A stretch of DNA of 63,018 nt, the filler included. It is 6 parts of 6 records of this genome, joined end to end, with 100 filler letters (N's around TTAATTAATTAA, not from the genome) between each part and the next. Parts side by side here need not be neighbours in the genome. Positions count along the whole stretch, not along the records: positions 55,117 to 63,018 come from DRR723986_2397; 5 more parts are not named here. One strand, written 5' to 3'. Of this stretch, positions 58,676 to 63,018 are shown in pieces. The position numbers and the translations under genes were made by a program. The notes below the pieces were generated by a model. It was not told the DNA's origin and made no database searches. It saw nothing but the letters and a program-made list of their open reading frames with translations. Position 1 is the first letter of the stretch. Each line of letters opens with the position of its first letter.

Positions 58676-59599
58676 ATGATCCGCAGCCGGATCAAACTGC
58701 GCCACATCCAGTGCTTCTCCGAGGCCGTGCGGCAGGGCAGCCTGAAGCGCGCGGCGGATCGGCTGAACCTGACACAGCCGGCGATGTCCAAAACCTTGAA
58801 GGAGCTTGAACAGATCCTTGGCAAGGTGCTGCTGATCCGCAACCGGGCGGGGGTCAGCCTGACCGATGCCGGACAGGTCTTTGCCCATTTCGCGGATATG
58901 AGCCTGTCCGCATTGGATCACGGGCTGGATGGCATCGCGCAATTGGATAGGGCAGGCAAACGCGCCGAGATCAGTATAGGCGCGCTGCCCTCGGTCGCGG
59001 CGGCGCTGCTGCCGCGCGCCGTGGCACAGTTCGAACGCCTGTCGCCCACGTCGTCGCTGCGCATTCTGGACGGGCCGATTGCCTATCTGGTTGACCAGCT
59101 CAGGAACGGCGCGGTCAGCATGGTGATCGGGCGGCTTGGCGATCCGTCGATCATGCAGAACCTCAGCTTCACGCAGCTTTATCAGGAAGAGGTGGATTTC
59201 GTCGTGCGGCCCGGTCATCCCCTGCTGGAGGCCCCCCGGCTGGAAGATATCGTGAACTGGCCGGTGATCTACCCGCCCGCCGCCGCTGCGATCCGGCCAT
59301 TGGTGGAACGGTTTCTGATCGGCCACGGCATCGGCGTGCCCCCGAAGGCGCTGGAAACCGTTTCGGGTGCGTTTGGCCGTGTTTACACACGCGAAAGCGA
59401 CGCGGTGTGGATTATCTCTCGCGGAGTGGTCTGGAATGAATTGGCCGAGGGGCGGCTGATGCGGTTGCCGTTCGACACCGGCCTGACGCGTGGCCCTGTC
59501 GGGCTGCTGCGCCGTGAGGATGCGGACCAAGGGGCGGAGGAGGGGTTATTCATGACAGCCCTGACCAGAGCGATAGGGCAGATGCGGCTGGCGGAGTGA
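58676..59599 (+). CDS. pcaQ: LysR-family pca regulator PcaQ
   Basis: RIKLRH, TQPAMSKTLKELE, IGALPSV, VIGRL, DAVWIIS; divergent from pobA-pca. Confidence 0.9.
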   Translation: MIRSRIKLRHIQCFSEAVRQGSLKRAADRLNLTQPAMSKTLKELEQILGKVLLIRNRAGVSLTDAGQVFAHFADMSLSALDHGLDGIAQLDRAGKRAEISIGALPSVAAALLPRAVAQFERLSPTSSLRILDGPIAYLVDQLRNGAVSMVIGRLGDPSIMQNLSFTQLYQEEVDFVVRPGHPLLEAPRLEDIVNWPVIYPPAAAAIRPLVERFLIGHGIGVPPKALETVSGAFGRVYTRESDAVWIISRGVVWNELAEGRLMRLPFDTGLTRGPVGLLRREDADQGAEEGLFMTALTRAIGQMRLAE

Positions 59600-59735
59600 T
59601 CTTGCCTGCTTCGCGGGGCCGTACAGTTTGGCCGCACCACCGCTCGGCGTAGCGACGCCATGGCGAAACAGGGCTGACAGGGGCACAATGGCGGCGCTAC
59701 TGTCGTCATCCACGGCAGACAATCGGACAGGCACA

Positions 59736-60608
59736 ATGGCGATCTACAATCTCGGCTCGATCAATATCGACCATTCCTACCGCATGGCTCATCTTCCCTC
59801 TCCCGGTGAAACCATCGCGGCCCACAGCCTGATCACCGGCTTGGGGGGCAAGGGGGCGAACCAGTCCATCGCCATCGCGCGGGCAGGGGGGACCGTGCGT
59901 CATATCGGGGCCATCGGGCCCGAGGGCCAGTGGACGGTGGACCGGCTTGCCGCGGACGGGGTGGATGTGTCCCGCGTGGTCTGCGCGGACACGCCGACGG
60001 GACATGCGATCATCGCGGTGGATGATGCGGCAGAGAATGCGATCATCCTCTTTCCCGGCGCCAACCGGCAGGTGACACCCGAACAGGTCTCTGATGCGCT
60101 GTCAGGGGCGCAGCCCGGCGATTGGCTCTTGTTGCAGAATGAGACCAGCGCCGGGGTCGAGGCCGCCAAGCTGGCGCGCAGCAAGGGGCTGCGGGTCTGC
60201 TATTGCGCCGCGCCTTTCGACAGCGCCGCCGTGCGAGAGATCCTGCCGTTCACCGACCTTCTGTCAGTCAATGAACTTGAAGAGACGCAGCTGGTCGCCG
60301 ATCTGCCCGCAGGGTCAATGGATGGCATCGACCGGCTGGTCACCTATGGCCGTCGTGGCGCAGCCTTTATTGGCAGCGACGGCAGCTCGACACGGGTAGA
60401 GGCGTTCAAGGTCACGCCGGTTGACACCACCGGCGCGGGCGACACGTTTCTGGGCTACGCCCTGGCCGGGATCGACGCAGGCGCACCGAGGGGCGCGGCC
60501 CTGTCGCGGGCCGCTGCCGCTGCGGCCATGCAGGTCACGCGCCCCGGTGCGGCAGAGGCTATTCCGATGGGGGACGAGGTGGATACATTCCTGAAGGATC
60601 GCCCTTAA
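59736..60608 (+). CDS. rbsK: Ribokinase / PfkB-family sugar kinase
   Basis: GSINID, GGKGANQ, LLQNE, DTTGAGDTF. Confidence 0.82.
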   Translation: MAIYNLGSINIDHSYRMAHLPSPGETIAAHSLITGLGGKGANQSIAIARAGGTVRHIGAIGPEGQWTVDRLAADGVDVSRVVCADTPTGHAIIAVDDAAENAIILFPGANRQVTPEQVSDALSGAQPGDWLLLQNETSAGVEAAKLARSKGLRVCYCAAPFDSAAVREILPFTDLLSVNELEETQLVADLPAGSMDGIDRLVTYGRRGAAFIGSDGSSTRVEAFKVTPVDTTGAGDTFLGYALAGIDAGAPRGAALSRAAAAAAMQVTRPGAAEAIPMGDEVDTFLKDRP

Positions 60609-61603
60609 ACCGCGTTTTGACCCTTCGCTTCTCGCGGCGTCATACCGGTCCAGCCGCGAAAGGCGCGATAAAAGGAGTTGGGGTCGCGGAAGGCCAGCAG
60701 ATAGGAAATCTCTTCGATGCTCACATCGTTGCGGCGCAGATAGAGCAGGGACAGCTCTGTTCGCGTGGCATTGAGCACGGATTGAAAGCTGGTGTTCTCC
60801 TCGCTCAGCCGGCGGTGCAGGCTTCTGGTGCTGAGGCCGAGATGGCTGCCCACGGCTTCTGCCGTGGCACGGCCCGCAGGCAGCATCTCGATCAGCGCCG
60901 CGCGCACCCGGTCGGCACAGGCTTGCCGCCGCCCAAGGGCATCGAGGTCGCGATGCAGGCGCGGTTCGAACATCTGCCAAAGGTCGTCGTCATGGCTGAT
61001 AAGCGACCGTTCGGCATCCTCTTCGGACAGGTGCAGCCGGTTGCCCTGCCCATAGTGCACCGCACAGCCCAGATAGGCCTGCAACCGCGCCCGGTCGCCA
61101 TCATAGCCGGCCAGATCCACCTTTGCCGGAATCACCGGCTCTCCGGTTAGATTGCGCAGCATATTGACGAGGAAGACGATCTCGAAAACGGCGAGGCTGT
61201 CGGGCAGAGGATCGCCCGCCGAAAGCGAGGCGAAACGCAGGACCATCCCCTGCGGGTCTCGGTGGAAGTCCAGCCGGAACGGCCCTGCCAGCGGCTTGAA
61301 CAGGGACAACCGTTGAAAGCCGATCTCGACCGTGGGGCTACAGGAAAAGGCGAAAAGCGCAGGGATGAACTGGCCCGCAGAGCTCACCATAGCCAGATCG
61401 AAAGCCATCTCGCCGCTGGCAAACTCTGCCTCCGCCGCGCGCCACAGGTCGAAGAATTGTGCCGCTGTCACGCCGCGCCCTTCATTCGAAAAGAAGTCGC
61501 GGGGCATTCCGGCGCGGGCCAGAACCCGTTCGGGCGATAGTTTCAGGCCAAGGCAAAGGCGTTCCATGTGCTTTGCGATGGGAAATCGGTCTGGGTTGGA
61601 CAT
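60605..61603 (-). CDS. AraC-family transcriptional regulator
   Basis: LGLSTRSLHRRL..TSF, EISYLLAF.DPNSFYRAF.GWTG.TP. Confidence 0.9.
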   Translation of the reverse strand: MSNPDRFPIAKHMERLCLGLKLSPERVLARAGMPRDFFSNEGRGVTAAQFFDLWRAAEAEFASGEMAFDLAMVSSAGQFIPALFAFSCSPTVEIGFQRLSLFKPLAGPFRLDFHRDPQGMVLRFASLSAGDPLPDSLAVFEIVFLVNMLRNLTGEPVIPAKVDLAGYDGDRARLQAYLGCAVHYGQGNRLHLSEEDAERSLISHDDDLWQMFEPRLHRDLDALGRRQACADRVRAALIEMLPAGRATAEAVGSHLGLSTRSLHRRLSEENTSFQSVLNATRTELSLLYLRRNDVSIEEISYLLAFRDPNSFYRAFRGWTGMTPREAKGQNAV

Positions 61604-61702
61604 GCGGGCTCCGGCGTGGGGATCGCCAAAGTATACGGCTATGGTGGCTCAGGAACACTTGCAAATCCTGCCAACTGGCCGGCAATCCGCGCCAATCCGG
61701 CC

Positions 61703-62623
61703 TTACCCCGGATCTCCGCCGCTGCCCGCGCTGGCCAGATAGGGATCGAGGCTGCGCGTGAAGGCGTCGATGAAATCCAGCACGATGGGTGTTCGGCTGC
61801 CGGTTGCCGGGCGCAGGATCGTCAGACGGTGGTGGATTGGCGGCGTGAAGGGGCGGATGACAACGCCTTGTCCTTCGAACTGCGCGGCATCCAATGCGCT
61901 GACGACAGAGGCACCCATGCCCTCGGCCACGATGGTGCAGGCGGCCGTGAACTGACGTACTTCGATCCAGGAATTGATCTCGACACCATAGTTGGAAAAC
62001 GCCCGGCTTAGCCGGTGAAAGAAGCGGCTGTCGCGGCGGGTATGAATCATCTTTTCCTGCGCAAGGTCGATCGGAGTGATCTGGGTTTTCCCGGCCAGCC
62101 TGTGGCCCTCGGGCAGAATGCAGACCGAACGGATCAGCACATCGCTGCTTTCGGTGGCGGGGTGGCCGGGGAAGGCGTCGGTGATGCCGCAATCATATTG
62201 CTCGCCGATGATCCATTCCAGAATGCGTTCGGGCCGGTCTGGTTCCAACGTCACCGTGACGCCGGGCCGGTCCGCCAGAAAGCGCATCAGGACGCCGGGC
62301 AGATGGCTGGTGGCAAATCCGGGCAGGCAGGCGATGCGGATGTGCCCCGCCGTGCGTTCGGTCAGGTCGCGGCGCAGATCCTCAAGATGGTCGAGCCCGT
62401 CGAGAACCCGCCGCACCTCGGTCAGCAGATAGCGCGACTCACTGGTCGGATGCAGCAGGCCCTGTCGTCGCTCGAACAGGTCGAACCCGATGGATCTGGA
62501 GAAGTCAGACAGCAATCTGCTGACTGCGGGCTGAGACACGCCAAGCGCCTGAGCCGCCTTTGTGACATTGCCGGTTTCCGCGACGGCGCGGAAGGCTTCC
62601 AGTTGTCTAAGCTGAAATTTCAA
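61703..62623 (-). CDS. LysR-family transcriptional regulator
   Basis: LRQLEAF..VTKAA.LGVSQPAVSRL; TTG start. Confidence 0.9.
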   Translation of the reverse strand: MKFQLRQLEAFRAVAETGNVTKAAQALGVSQPAVSRLLSDFSRSIGFDLFERRQGLLHPTSESRYLLTEVRRVLDGLDHLEDLRRDLTERTAGHIRIACLPGFATSHLPGVLMRFLADRPGVTVTLEPDRPERILEWIIGEQYDCGITDAFPGHPATESSDVLIRSVCILPEGHRLAGKTQITPIDLAQEKMIHTRRDSRFFHRLSRAFSNYGVEINSWIEVRQFTAACTIVAEGMGASVVSALDAAQFEGQGVVIRPFTPPIHHRLTILRPATGSRTPIVLDFIDAFTRSLDPYLASAGSGGDPG

Positions 62624-62676
62624 TAGGTTACCCGTCTTTCTGCTGTTGCGAAAGAAACTGTTTTCCAGCGCAGCAT

Positions 62677-62691
62677 ATAATACAATGTTAT
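62677..62691. promoter_or_regulatory. LysR recognition box
   Basis: ATAA-TACAATG-TTAT (T-N11-A with dyad) between the divergent LysR and ugpB genes. Confidence 0.65.
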
Positions 62692-62783
62692 GAACTAAGG
62701 AATAAAAAATTCACTTGAATTATTTCAGCCCCTCGCGAAAGCTGCCGCGCATAACAGCTGCATTTCTGTCAGGGAGAGAAGAA

Positions 62784-63018
62784 ATGACCTTCACCAAGAC
62801 GCTACTGGCGAGTTCCGCCCTCGTGGGCCTGATGGCCGGGGCCGCCGCCGCACAGACCGAGATTCATTGGTGGCACGCCATGGGCGGCGCCAATGGCGAG
62901 CGGATCGACCGCATGGCGACCGAGTTCAATGCCATGCAGTCCGATTACGTGATCGTGCCGACCTACAAGGGCAACTACACCGAGACCATGACCGCCGCCA
63001 TCGCCGCCTTCCGCGCCG
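62784..63018 (+). CDS. ugpB: sn-glycerol-3-phosphate ABC transporter substrate-binding protein, 3'-truncated
   Basis: Not in the ORF track (no stop). Reads MTFTKTLLASSALVGLMAGAAAA-QTEIHWWHAMGG..FN..Q..YKGNY.ETM.AAIAAFRA; GGGAG RBS. Confidence 0.85.
   Translation, partial: MTFTKTLLASSALVGLMAGAAAAQTEIHWWHAMGGANGERIDRMATEFNAMQSDYVIVPTYKGNYTETMTAAIAAFRA

Noticed and set aside
55117-59599. pobA inside a PcaQ-controlled pca operon without pobR, as a novelty
   Set aside because: This arrangement is already known from roseobacters.

Overview
This is not one continuous locus. It is six alphaproteobacterial (Rhodobacteraceae-like) contig fragments joined by artificial 100-bp spacers (44 N + TTAATTAATTAA + 44 N) at 5232-5331, 16614-16713, 21781-21880, 31539-31638 and 55017-55116. 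Contig 1 (1-5231): gshA (partial), small membrane proteins, and a pyrB / two bPH-like genes / pyrC-like / plsY operon. Contig 2 (5332-16613): a chemosensory operon (cheA, cheW, MCP, cheW, cheR, cheB, uncharacterised 588-aa protein), a PLP decarboxylase and putR-putA. Contig 3 (16714-21780): dnaN-recF-VOC-GNAT-LysE-gyrB. Contig 4 (21881-31538): an MFS/TetR islet and a TetR-divergent operon (StcD/HpbA-like flavoprotein, Ser/Thr proline-racemase-family enzyme, ProC-like reductase, second flavoprotein). Contig 5 (31639-55016): a large part of a photosynthesis gene cluster (idi bchP pucC bchG bchJ bchE ppsR ppaA / bchF N B H L M lhaA puhA B C bciE acsF puhE hemA) with clear PpsR and FnrL sites. Contig 6 (55117-63018): pcaQ / pobA-pcaD-pcaC-pcaH-pcaG, ribokinase, AraC, LysR and the start of ugpB. 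The two best leads are the terminal che-operon protein, which looks like a soluble degenerate-chemoreceptor/CheZ-like phosphatase hybrid, and a possible new catabolic route for N-methylated (hydroxy)prolines. All assignments come from motif recognition by eye; no database searches were run.
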